Shown here one piece after another: positions 17,355 to 25,085 of a stretch of DNA of 64,000 nt (positions are counted from its first letter, which is position 1; each line of letters opens with the position of its first letter). Under the pieces are notes generated by a model that searched no databases, was not told where the DNA came from, and saw only the letters and a list, made by a program, of their open reading frames with translations. The translations under genes were made by a program, and so were the position numbers. The DNA is taken from the sequence record PQ724394.1; one strand, 5' to 3'. Source of the stretch: a phage.

Positions 17355-18314
17355 TTATTTTTCGAAAGGACGAATTAAATGTTGATTACGCTTAAACCGG
17401 TTGATGTAGTCACTTTCACCTAGGGTCCTATACATATTCACTACAGCTTGGTAGTTTTCCCAAGCATACTCACGGAACCATCCAGAAGTAATGGAGGTAC
17501 AGACTTTTTCCAGAGCAACATGGAAGCTCACGGATGGAGAGATATTAAAGTCATTAGGAACCTGCGAACGCTCCAGAGCAAGTACACATGCTTCTTCATA
17601 AACGCCGGCCAGTTTAATAGCTTCAGGCAAAGCTTCAAACTTCTCACGTGAGGTCATGACTTCAGAACCATCCTTCATATAAAAGGTATACGCTGGACGT
17701 CCGGCTAATGCCACAGCTTCATGGATAGAGTCGTGGTCTAATGTATAAATGGTATCATTAAAGAACGATGATTTGTTTACATCCAATTTAGGATGAGAAT
17801 AGCTCAACGTTTCTTTCTGACGTTGCAGCATGATTTCTTGGAGCTCTTCATTCAAGGTTACACCTTTATTACGAAGATATTTGATGTGGGACATCGTCTT
17901 CAAAAAGAAAGGGTTGTTCTTCAAATAACGATGGCTCATTTTGATGGCCAGACAGATATCAGGTGTGGCCCAATAGAAACCCGTAAGACGGTCCTTTTTA
18001 ATATGATTTTCGGCATATTTCAGGAGACGATAACTTGAAGTGAAATCTTCGCCCTGAAGCTCACCGGTGATTTCTCGTACGTTAGTCAGGGCACGGACGA
18101 TATAAGCTTCAAAATAGGTTTCTTTACCATTGTGCATACATTTAAAGGCCTGGACATCAGGGTTATCCACAGGAACATGAGCGCCGAACATCCGGGCTTT
18201 AAATTGATTCCATGAGCCTTGGTCGGCAATAAAATCCCAATCAGAATTTTCGATATACTTACTTTCAATCAGACCAGCGTGGTGCAGTGCACGAGAACCA
18301 ATAACTAGCATCAT
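17355..18314 (-). CDS. hypothetical protein (319 aa)
   Basis: Long ORF in array; no motif recognised. Confidence 0.55.
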   Translation of the reverse strand: MMLVIGSRALHHAGLIESKYIENSDWDFIADQGSWNQFKARMFGAHVPVDNPDVQAFKCMHNGKETYFEAYIVRALTNVREITGELQGEDFTSSYRLLKYAENHIKKDRLTGFYWATPDICLAIKMSHRYLKNNPFFLKTMSHIKYLRNKGVTLNEELQEIMLQRQKETLSYSHPKLDVNKSSFFNDTIYTLDHDSIHEAVALAGRPAYTFYMKDGSEVMTSREKFEALPEAIKLAGVYEEACVLALERSQVPNDFNISPSVSFHVALEKVCTSITSGWFREYAWENYQAVVNMYRTLGESDYINRFKRNQHLIRPFEK

Positions 18315-18516
18315 AATATTTTCCTCATTAATAAAGACGAGTTACTTCATATTTACCCAGTTCAGATTTTTTTGCTTCAATACGCGTTGCGGCTAGATTA
18401 GCAGCCTCTAGTGAAGAAAATTGGACCACTTGGGAAGTATTCTGCCTTACGCCACCTTGTGGGTGAGTAACAAAAACAATAAGAACATTATACATAATAT
18501 TTTCCTCAGAGTAAAC

Positions 18517-18756
18517 TTAAATTTCAGCAACGTAATCGTTATGCAATTCCCACATATCATCAGAATTATTCTTAATGATAGGAATTATCTCATTAGAGAT
18601 TTCTTCTGCATAAGGGTCGTTGATACAGTGGGCATCTTCAAAACGAACACCGTAATCAGACTTCTTATAGGCAAAGCCATAAATCTTTTTAAACTTGGCA
18701 CGACTAATGCGTACCGGCTCATCAGACTTATCAGACAGTGGAGAGTAATACCACAT
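18517..18756 (-). CDS. hypothetical protein (79 aa)
   Basis: ATG at 18756 preceded by GAGGAG RBS and a degenerate PeSL-like sequence. Confidence 0.45.
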   Translation of the reverse strand: MWYYSPLSDKSDEPVRISRAKFKKIYGFAYKKSDYGVRFEDAHCINDPYAEEISNEIIPIIKNNSDDMWELHNDYVAEI

Positions 18757-18800
18757 AATGTTCTCCTCATGTTTGAGTAAGGTAATAGTAACACAAGTTT

Positions 18801-19130
18801 TTAGAGTTGTACATCACTTCTGCAATATTCTAAAAATAATTTATCGCTGTCTACTGTATCCCAACGTCTCCAAGATGGGTTCCAGACCAAAGCGTTGTCA
18901 CCACAATCATTGAGCTTAAAATGGTCATAGTACATAGCTATGTGTCTAGTCTCGTCACCAGAGAACCCTAGTATAGGCTCGCCATGGGTATGATACATAT
19001 GATGGTGCATTGAGAGGTCGCATTTATAAAACATCTCACGTTTACCACGGACGAACAAGAAAGCTTGTCCATTCATATAGAATTCTTTATCTGTTTTCAA
19101 AAGATATTTGAATACTGAATCTTTGTGCAT
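18801..19130 (-). CDS. His-rich hypothetical protein (about 109 aa)
   Basis: Start taken at ATG 19130 with strong GGAGG RBS, avoiding overlap with the upstream paralogue; HHHMYHTHGEP His cluster. Confidence 0.45.
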   Translation of the reverse strand: MHKDSVFKYLLKTDKEFYMNGQAFLFVRGKREMFYKCDLSMHHHMYHTHGEPILGFSGDETRHIAMYYDHFKLNDCGDNALVWNPSWRRWDTVDSDKLFLEYCRSDVQL

Positions 19131-19161
19131 AAGTCCTCCTACCACATCCTTGTGGTTATTA

Positions 19162-19386
19162 TTAACAGCTACTTGGGTACCAGATTTTACCATCAGAGCG
19201 AGCAACGAAGGTACGACCAGCTTCTTCACCATAACAAGAGCTATTCAGCCAATCTTCAAGACGAACTTCACCGTCGTAATCATCTAGCTCAACACCAAAA
19301 TCCTGAGCAGAAGCCATATCTTTTACTTTCTTATACAGCGCAGCCAGTTCAAGAGCTGCTTTTTCTAATTCATTAATATTAGACAT
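19162..19386 (-). CDS. small acidic protein, W-x-SS-C C-terminal family, paralogue 1 (74 aa)
   Basis: Ends ...GKIWYPSSC; own AAGGAA RBS; one of five tandem paralogues. Confidence 0.55.
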   Translation of the reverse strand: MSNINELEKAALELAALYKKVKDMASAQDFGVELDDYDGEVRLEDWLNSSCYGEEAGRTFVARSDGKIWYPSSC

Positions 19387-19395
19387 TTTTATTCC

Positions 19396-19626
19396 TTAGC
19401 AAGACATAGAGGAGTTAAACCAGAAACCCTGGCCATCATTGATGCCGTAATCACTGCGAATCCAGTCATATTCTTCATATTCTTCGCTAGAAGCCGGAAT
19501 ATAACGTTGGAAACGGTCTGCGGCGTGTAAATTAAAAATTTCACCGGTTTTATCGGCCAACTGCTCGCCTTCACAGATTAGTGCACGGATTTGGTCTTCG
19601 ATTTCTTTAACAGTTTTAGCAGTCAT
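19396..19626 (-). CDS. small acidic protein, W-x-SS-C C-terminal family, paralogue 2 (76 aa)
   Basis: Ends ...GFWFNSSMSC; own AAGGTAA RBS. Confidence 0.55.
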   Translation of the reverse strand: MTAKTVKEIEDQIRALICEGEQLADKTGEIFNLHAADRFQRYIPASSEEYEEYDWIRSDYGINDGQGFWFNSSMSC

Positions 19627-19635
19627 TTTATTACC

Positions 19636-19833
19636 TTAACATTCGTAAGAGGAGGACACCCAAGAGGTACCACTAATAGTAATACAACCGTTATAAAGCG
19701 TTATATGTCGTTCTAAGTCACGAGCACCATCAATATAGATATCAGCTTCTTCGCGTTCTTCTTTACAAATCTGAATAACGTTTTCAATAGCCGCCGCTGC
19801 GGTACGGATTGCACAATCTAATTCACGAGACAT
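19636..19833 (-). CDS. small acidic protein, W-x-SS-C C-terminal family, paralogue 3 (65 aa)
   Basis: Ends ...GTSWVSSSYEC; own AAGGAA RBS. Confidence 0.55.
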   Translation of the reverse strand: MSRELDCAIRTAAAAIENVIQICKEEREEADIYIDGARDLERHITLYNGCITISGTSWVSSSYEC

Positions 19834-19842
19834 AATATTTCC

Positions 19843-20124
19843 TTAACATTCAGAAGAAGAGGACACCCAACCGCCAGTTGCGAGGTCAGTTGTATAGTCA
19901 TGAGTATTAACAATAGCCCATTCAGGATGACCATCTTCTTCCCAATGGGCAAGGTCAGCTTTCAAGGCGCCAGGAGAATAATAGTCACCGCCCATACCGC
20001 GAGCAGGGTATATATTAAAATGAGTCTCATATTTGTCTGCAATTTCCTCGGCACGACGAATAGCTTCATGAATTTCTTTTACTGCGGCCAGAAGCTCTGG
20101 ATGGTTATGATTATCATTCATCAT
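19843..20124 (-). CDS. small acidic protein, W-x-SS-C C-terminal family, paralogue 4 (93 aa)
   Basis: Ends ...TGGWVSSSSEC; own AAGGAA RBS. Confidence 0.55.
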   Translation of the reverse strand: MMNDNHNHPELLAAVKEIHEAIRRAEEIADKYETHFNIYPARGMGGDYYSPGALKADLAHWEEDGHPEWAIVNTHDYTTDLATGGWVSSSSEC

Positions 20125-20133
20125 AGCTTTTCC

Positions 20134-20424
20134 TTAGCACATTGCCGAAGAGGAGACCCAGGCACCAACTGTAACGACGCCATTTTCAACTTCACCGCCA
20201 TTGTTTTCAATTTCATCTTTAAACCACTGGGAGCATTCATAACCAACAGGGTAGTAGGTACGTCCTGAGCCATAATCACCTGTTCCGAATTGAATACCGT
20301 ACTTATCGGCAATAGCTTCACATTTGGATTCGATGATATCTACTTTACCGAGCAGGGCATAGATAGCTTTTTCTGCAGATTTCTCGTCGTTGTATTCAGG
20401 GATTTCAATTTCAATTTTATTCAT
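20134..20424 (-). CDS. small acidic protein, W-x-SS-C C-terminal family, paralogue 5 (96 aa)
   Basis: Ends ...VGAWVSSSAMC; own AAGGAA RBS. Confidence 0.55.
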   Translation of the reverse strand: MNKIEIEIPEYNDEKSAEKAIYALLGKVDIIESKCEAIADKYGIQFGTGDYGSGRTYYPVGYECSQWFKDEIENNGGEVENGVVTVGAWVSSSAMC

Positions 20425-20810
20425 GATTTACATTCCTTAATAAAGGTTTCAAGGTCATTACGTTTGGTTTGTTTTACATACTCATTATAATTAGCCATCT
20501 CTAAAGCATATCTCTTACGGATGGGGGCATTCAAAGCATTTGTATGGCAAATATCATACACTAGAGGGATAAAATAAGCCACGACAGCCGGAGCGATTAT
20601 CATATAGAAACCCATCTCAATAGGCATGACTCCTTCGATTGCGGCCATAACTGTGGTCATTACCAGACCAACCAGACCGCCGAGCATACCTGTGACAATT
20701 CCCGTGAATAAGGAAATAGCAATATCATATTCAGCCAATTGATAAACATGCGATGAAAGACTAGGCCGTTCCATTTTGAACCTCTTTAGCGTATTCACGG
20801 CATTCAGCAA
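20421..20810 (-). CDS. membrane hypothetical protein (up to 129 aa)
   Basis: Hydrophobic helices GIVTGMLGGLVGLVMTTVMAAI and FYMIIAPAVVAYFIPLV; start uncertain. Confidence 0.45.
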   Translation of the reverse strand: MLNAVNTLKRFKMERPSLSSHVYQLAEYDIAISLFTGIVTGMLGGLVGLVMTTVMAAIEGVMPIEMGFYMIIAPAVVAYFIPLVYDICHTNALNAPIRKRYALEMANYNEYVKQTKRNDLETFIKECKS

Positions 20811-21303
20811 TAAAGCGATTAAGCTTCCGTTGTTGTTTACGACTTTCTAATGTGTACTCAGCAGTTAAGATACCAAGCTCGGCTTTATCATAATTTTTAA
20901 TATCGGTGTAAGATGGTCGACGGTCGACCATTCCAAATACATCACCATTTTCTAAAGCCACATAGCATACTAAATGGTAATCATCGTCTGCTATATTAAG
21001 AAGCACACAATCATTGCTCTCATTTAAAGAATATACTGAATAACGTAGTCCAGCGAATTCCACTCGTTGAATAGCCAGATTTACGTCAATAATTTCCAAA
21101 GCATCTTCAAAAGAAAGGTCTTCAGCTAAAGCAAAAATAAAAGGTAATTTGGTAGTATCGCCACGGCTAGATGTTCTGCTTAAGAAATCGTTTGAATAGC
21201 CTAGGTCTTGGCGAATTCTATAAAGAACTGAATTGGTTTCATGGGAAAGACCACTATTTTTAAACCAATCAATATTTGATATAAGGTTATCATATAAACT
21301 CAT
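20761..21303 (-). CDS. hypothetical protein (180 aa)
   Basis: ORF in array. Confidence 0.5.
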   Translation of the reverse strand: MSLYDNLISNIDWFKNSGLSHETNSVLYRIRQDLGYSNDFLSRTSSRGDTTKLPFIFALAEDLSFEDALEIIDVNLAIQRVEFAGLRYSVYSLNESNDCVLLNIADDDYHLVCYVALENGDVFGMVDRRPSYTDIKNYDKAELGILTAEYTLESRKQQRKLNRFIAECREYAKEVQNGTA

Positions 21304-21326
21304 AATATTCTCCTCTCCTCCAAATA

Positions 21327-21344
21327 GGGAGACTTCGGTCTCCC
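21327..21344 (-). terminator. palindromic UUCG hairpin GGGAGAC-TTCG-GTCTCCC
   Basis: Perfect 7-bp stem hairpin between two minus-strand genes; identical 18-mer recurs at 59491..59508. Confidence 0.45.
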
Positions 21345-21351
21345 GGTAACA

Positions 21352-21945
21352 TTACTTAAGTGAATTGATGTAGTCTTCGATATCGGCTGAAGTCGTATCC
21401 ATTCCAACTTGAGGGCCTTTAAACGTTTCTACACGCATCAGTGTATCTTCAATATCAATCTTAGTCAGTGCAGCGATTTCAACAACGTCATCAGCAGTAG
21501 CAATACCAAGGGCGGCCATATTACGAGTTTCACGGATGTACTCGAGCTTAACGGCCAGTTCCTGACGAGAGTCATCAAGTTCCTTGACCTTCAGTTTAAT
21601 TTCATTACGCATTTCGATATAATCGTCAGCTTTCTTACGAAGTTGAGTAGCTGTACGACGATAAAGGAGGCCAAGTTTAGCATGCACCTGGACATCTGCA
21701 CCTTCTTTAATCAGTTTACGAATTTCGCGTTCTTTAGAAGCAGCCAGTTGGTCTTTTTCATTTGCCAATGCACGAATGCGTTTTTCTTCATTCACAGACT
21801 TAACATGAGCAGTCTGGAGTTCGGTAATTTTATCAATCAGGGTAGAAGCAGCTTTAGTATACTGGTCTTCGATTGACAGGTTCTGAGCCATCGCGGTACC
21901 CAGTTTAGAACGGATGAATTCAACAATTTTCTTTAAAGTATTCAT
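21352..21945 (-). CDS. coiled-coil protein, possibly PspA/IM30-like (197 aa)
   Basis: Start at ATG 21945 (MNTLKK) just downstream of promoter cassette; long heptad-like helical segments. Confidence 0.45.
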   Translation of the reverse strand: MNTLKKIVEFIRSKLGTAMAQNLSIEDQYTKAASTLIDKITELQTAHVKSVNEEKRIRALANEKDQLAASKEREIRKLIKEGADVQVHAKLGLLYRRTATQLRKKADDYIEMRNEIKLKVKELDDSRQELAVKLEYIRETRNMAALGIATADDVVEIAALTKIDIEDTLMRVETFKGPQVGMDTTSADIEDYINSLK

Positions 21946-22018
21946 AGTATTTCCTTCAGTCGGTTGGTATTTTGTAATCCATGAGGACATTATACCCTGT
22001 CCTCTGAGGGTTGTAAAC
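21946..22018 (-). promoter_or_regulatory. early promoter with stem-loop, PeSL variant with canonical -10
   Basis: Minus-sense GTTTAC-N17-GTATAAT with inverted repeat GAGGACA/TGTCCTC bracketing the -10. Confidence 0.55.
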
Positions 22019-22020
22019 AT

Positions 22021-22419
22021 TTATTTCATTTTTGCGAGGCAAATTTCATTGGCTTCCCATTGAGCTTGCTTAATAATAGCTTTGGATACAGGAACCCTTT
22101 GGCCATAAGTTTTTGACGTTGAGAGAACAATATATTTGTTTGCCTCATTATGCCAACCTAGTGATTTTTCACCATGAGTACCTTTAATCACAGCTGACAC
22201 CTCAACAGAGCAACCACCATCAGAAATCTTGGTTTCTACAATCCATTCATTTCTCTCGACAGCTTCAATTTCCGATCTCCTTTTTTCTTCATACATGGCG
22301 GCCCAATCAGTTTTTGCCAAGCTGAAAGTAAGAGCTTTCTCTAATTCTTTGGCAGCTTTTTGTTGTTCGGGTGTTAATGAATTATACAACTCTTGCATTT
22401 CTTTATCTTCGATATTCAT
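22021..22419 (-). CDS. hypothetical protein (132 aa)
   Basis: ORF in array. Confidence 0.5.
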   Translation of the reverse strand: MNIEDKEMQELYNSLTPEQQKAAKELEKALTFSLAKTDWAAMYEEKRRSEIEAVERNEWIVETKISDGGCSVEVSAVIKGTHGEKSLGWHNEANKYIVLSTSKTYGQRVPVSKAIIKQAQWEANEICLAKMK

Positions 22420-22476
22420 TATGCTCTCCTCAAATTATAGGCTCATAATATCTCAATCATGAGCCCATGTAAACAA

Positions 22477-22740
22477 TTATTTCATATTATTGAAATAATC
22501 TTCCGCATCAAAATCGTTATCGTGATAAACTTTGGTAGACAATTTGACGTAACCTTCGGCAGCAAACATATTAACCACAACCTTTACGGTATACCATTGT
22601 CCATCATCATTACCCATTACTGCGTAAGTTTCAAATATGGGATGGTCATCACCTATAACCTTAATATCGTTAACAGTAGCACCAAATTCTTCAGGAACGC
22701 ATTTCATAAAGAAATTAAACAATTCACCGTAATTATCCAT
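22477..22740 (-). CDS. hypothetical acidic protein (about 87 aa)
   Basis: ATG at 22740 preceded by AAGGGGAG RBS and a PeSL-like promoter. Confidence 0.5.
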   Translation of the reverse strand: MDNYGELFNFFMKCVPEEFGATVNDIKVIGDDHPIFETYAVMGNDDGQWYTVKVVVNMFAAEGYVKLSTKVYHDNDFDAEDYFNNMK

Positions 22741-22804
22741 TTTACTCCCCTTCACACTGTTGTTTTGATAGGTCTATAGTATCACGTTTAAAGGAGGTGT
22801 AAAC
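22741..22804 (-). promoter_or_regulatory. PeSL-like early promoter cassette
   Basis: Minus-sense GTTTACACCTCCTTTAAACGTGATACTATAGACCTATCAAAAC. Confidence 0.6.
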
Positions 22805-22838
22805 AACTTTGTGAAATTATTTTTAGATTAAACCCCCT

Positions 22839-22858
22839 AAAAGGAGACCGAAGTCTCC
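22839..22858 (-). terminator. hairpin terminator candidate (GGAGAC-UUCG-GUCUCC)
   Basis: Minus-sense GGAGACTTCGGTCTCCTTTTAG downstream of the 22864..23481 gene. Confidence 0.45.
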
Positions 22859-22863
22859 TTTCA

Positions 22864-23481
22864 CTATTTACGAGTCTTTTCGAACTGAGCTGCGTCTCCG
22901 GCCAGACGACGTGCTTGACGAAGTTTGTTATCAATTTCTTCGCGCATAGGCTGGGTGTACTTAAGGCCTTCAACTGTCAGGTAAAGACGATAGAGGTCCG
23001 GCGTGTCCAGGTTGTTAATGTGTTGGCCGTTACGAAGGGCATTGAATTCACGAACAACCTGTTTTGTTTCAGATTCGATTTCTGAAATCAAAGAAGCTAG
23101 CTGGTTATATTTTTTAACAATAGTAGTGGTGTCAAACTTGATTTTAGATTTAGGAGCTTCTTTTACAGGCTCTGCTTTAGGCGCCGGTTTCGGTGCTGCA
23201 ACTTTGGTTGGGGCTGCTGGTTTAGCAACAGGAGCTTTAGCTGGTTTAGCAGGCTTAGTAGCGCCACCGGCTACGATATCTTTAAAAGCTTTGGAAGCTT
23301 TGTAATATTCTTTCTGGCTACTAGTATCAAAACCATACATATCATAAACGTTTTTAAAGAACTCAGTAGTGGTTTTAGTCCCGGAAATTTTATCATAAGC
23401 CGCTTGCCACATATCTTTAGTCATGCGCAAGCCGGCTTCACTCAGAACGCTTTCGTTCAAAAATTCATTGTAAGTTTTCAT
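22864..23481 (-). CDS. internal-protein-like protein with capsid-targeting leader and Ala/Pro/Lys-rich histone-H1-like region (205 aa)
   Basis: N-terminal MKTYNEFLNE leader; low-complexity PAKPAKAPVAKPAAPTKVAAPKPAPKAEP segment; TATAAATA late promoter upstream. Confidence 0.55.
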   Translation of the reverse strand: MKTYNEFLNESVLSEAGLRMTKDMWQAAYDKISGTKTTTEFFKNVYDMYGFDTSSQKEYYKASKAFKDIVAGGATKPAKPAKAPVAKPAAPTKVAAPKPAPKAEPVKEAPKSKIKFDTTTIVKKYNQLASLISEIESETKQVVREFNALRNGQHINNLDTPDLYRLYLTVEGLKYTQPMREEIDNKLRQARRLAGDAAQFEKTRK

Positions 23482-23509
23482 TATTGTTTCCTGTGTTAAT
23501 TAACTTATC

Positions 23510-23517
23510 TATTTATA
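23510..23517 (-). promoter_or_regulatory. late promoter TATAAATA (minus strand)
   Basis: Minus-sense TATAAATA about 30 nt upstream of the ATG at 23481. Confidence 0.55.
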
Positions 23518-23518
23518 C

Positions 23519-23546
23519 AAAAAAGGCCCAACCTTTTGGAAGGGCC
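23519..23546 (-). terminator. rho-independent terminator
   Basis: Minus-sense GGCCCTTCCAAAAGGTTGGGCCTTTTTT immediately downstream of the 23552..24106 gene. Confidence 0.6.
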
Positions 23547-23551
23547 GTAAA

Positions 23552-24106
23552 TCAGTTCTTGTAGAACCGGAACGGGTTCACGTGGAAGGCTAACATAGCT
23601 TTAGGGATTTTACGAGACAAAAGGCTCTTAAGCTTCCATCCACAGTACACGCGAAGGTAAAATGTGATTCCGCCGACCTTAAGATAAGGAACTGAAGCAA
23701 ATACACCCCAGGCATCATCATTCCACATCCATAACCAACCATGGTGGGCTTTATCAGGAGAACCTGATTCTACGTCAGGATTGCCGCGATAATGGAATTC
23801 TGAACTACAATCACGTCCTAGTTTATGATAAGCAAAGTTATAAGCTTTATTTCGCCATAGCCAAGCTACTCTCTGGAGATAAACACCACCAGGCATTTTC
23901 CTGATTTTAGCCCAACGTTTAATATGACCTTTATCGCCGTCAATTGGATTATCGTATGTCATCATCCAATCAAAACCGTATGGCAATTTACCAGTCTTTT
24001 TATTGTAGAAAGGAACCACAAAAGGCGCAAGGATAACAGCCAGAACCATAGAGATAAAATCTAGTGGGACCAACAGAATCCAACTCAAATATTTTAAAAG
24101 TTTCAT
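23552..24106 (-). CDS. membrane-anchored hypothetical protein (184 aa)
   Basis: N-terminal TM helix WILLVPLDFISMVLAVILAPFVV; flanked by two near-identical terminator/late-promoter modules. Confidence 0.5.
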   Translation of the reverse strand: MKLLKYLSWILLVPLDFISMVLAVILAPFVVPFYNKKTGKLPYGFDWMMTYDNPIDGDKGHIKRWAKIRKMPGGVYLQRVAWLWRNKAYNFAYHKLGRDCSSEFHYRGNPDVESGSPDKAHHGWLWMWNDDAWGVFASVPYLKVGGITFYLRVYCGWKLKSLLSRKIPKAMLAFHVNPFRFYKN

Positions 24107-24132
24107 ATTATTTCCTAAGTTAGTTTACTGTA

Positions 24133-24140
24133 TATTTATA
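24133..24140 (-). promoter_or_regulatory. late promoter TATAAATA (minus strand)
   Basis: Minus-sense TATAAATA upstream of the 23552..24106 gene. Confidence 0.55.
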
Positions 24141-24141
24141 C

Positions 24142-24169
24142 AAAAAAGGCCCAACCTTTCGGAAGGGCC
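24142..24169 (-). terminator. rho-independent terminator downstream of tRNA cluster
   Basis: Minus-sense GGCCCTTCCGAAAGGTTGGGCCTTTTTT; near-identical to the copy at 23519..23546. Confidence 0.6.
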
Positions 24170-24180
24170 TTTAACCTAGG

Positions 24181-24482
24181 GTAACCTTGTCGGGGTTCCA
24201 CCTGCTAGGCAAGTGTTTGTACGAAACGCCGGGATTCGAACCCGGTTATTAAGCAGTTGACGCTACTCAATATTTTTTTAAAAGGCCATATCTCGACCAT
24301 ATCCGAACGTTCCGTCAAAAACGCTACTCGGCTTACGGCAAAGATATTTCCTCGAATCGATAATTCGATGCGCCGTTTCAGCTGTGATAGTAAAGAACCA
24401 GAACACAGTAAAACTGTGGGAGGAACTATACTCCAGGGAACTTCAGTCCGACGACTTACCGGTAGCGACCCGGTTTCTTGTT
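24181..24482 (-). ncRNA. candidate structured stable RNA(s) or degenerate tRNA-like elements adjacent to the tRNA cluster
   Basis: No credible ORF; contains canonical T-arm-like CCGGG-TTCGAAT-CCCGG and several hairpins but no complete cloverleaf by hand. Confidence 0.25.
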
Positions 24483-24558
24483 TGGTCGAGACAGTAGGGA
24501 TCGAACCTACGACCCAGGACTTAGAAGGTCCTTGCTCTTCCTTCTGAGCTATGCCTCG
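24483..24558 (-). tRNA. tRNA-Arg (anticodon TCT)
   Basis: Hand-folded cloverleaf: acceptor CGAGGCA/TGTCTCG, anticodon loop CTTCTAA, T-arm GTAGG-TTCGATC-CCTAC, encoded CCA. Confidence 0.7.
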
Positions 24559-24562
24559 TATT

Positions 24563-24637
24563 TGGCGGACATGCATGGATTCGAACCATGGACCAATTGA
24601 TTAACAGTCAACTGCTCTACCGCTGAGCTACACATCC
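24563..24637 (-). tRNA. tRNA-Asn (anticodon GTT)
   Basis: Hand-folded cloverleaf: D-arm GCTC/GAGC, anticodon loop CTGTTAA, T-arm CATGG-TTCGAAT-CCATG, encoded CCA; acceptor stem has two G-U pairs. Confidence 0.6.
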
Positions 24638-24641
24638 GAAT

Positions 24642-24715
24642 TGGTGGCCCTGGGTGGAATCGAACCACCATCCAGCGATTATGAGTCGCTCGCTTGACCG
24701 TCCAGCTACAGGGCC
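24642..24715 (-). tRNA. tRNA with CAT anticodon (Met or lysidine-modified Ile)
   Basis: Hand-folded cloverleaf: acceptor GGCCCTG/CAGGGCC, anticodon loop CTCATAA, T-arm GGTGG-TTCGATT-CCACC, encoded CCA. Confidence 0.7.
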
Positions 24716-24800
24716 TTAATTCTATTATGAAAGGCTCTTTGAGGGAAGAACCTTTGGTAATAGAGGGTATTAATGATAGAGTAATAATATCACATAATTC

Positions 24801-25085
24801 TTAAAGCATATTAATGTAATCAAGTTTAATAGAAGCAATCTTCAAAGGATTTTTAAAGATGTCGTATTCGACCAACCCATTTTCATTTGCCGTATAAAAA
24901 GTAAAGTTAACAGAATTATAGCGTTGGCTGTTAACTTTGAGTTTAACATCGCTTGAACTACGGCCAATATTAACCTGTTGAACATCAAGCACAGCATCTT
25001 TGCCGTAATTTCGAATCAACAACTCAGCTGCAACCTGATCGGATTTATAGCCATTCTCTGGATTAGTAACCTTAACGTATAACAT
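24801..25085 (-). CDS. hypothetical protein (94 aa)
   Basis: ORF between tRNA cluster and ipI-like region. Confidence 0.45.
   Translation of the reverse strand: MLYVKVTNPENGYKSDQVAAELLIRNYGKDAVLDVQQVNIGRSSSDVKLKVNSQRYNSVNFTFYTANENGLVEYDIFKNPLKIASIKLDYINML

Noticed and set aside
18757-18800. Degenerate PeSL-like sequence upstream of ORF 18517..18756
   Set aside because: Core only partly matches (GTTACTATTACCTTACTCAAAC) and no clear GTTTAC -35; noted as a possible decayed copy but not called as a feature.
19389-19574. Alternative-frame minus ORF of 61 aa within paralogue 2
   Set aside because: Overlaps the better-supported frame 19396..19626, which has an RBS and the conserved C-terminal motif.
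24205-24576. ORFs of 123 aa (minus) and 96 aa (plus, 24257..24547) over the tRNA region
   Set aside because: They overlap hand-folded tRNA genes and structured RNA; the translations are artefacts of a stop-free stretch.
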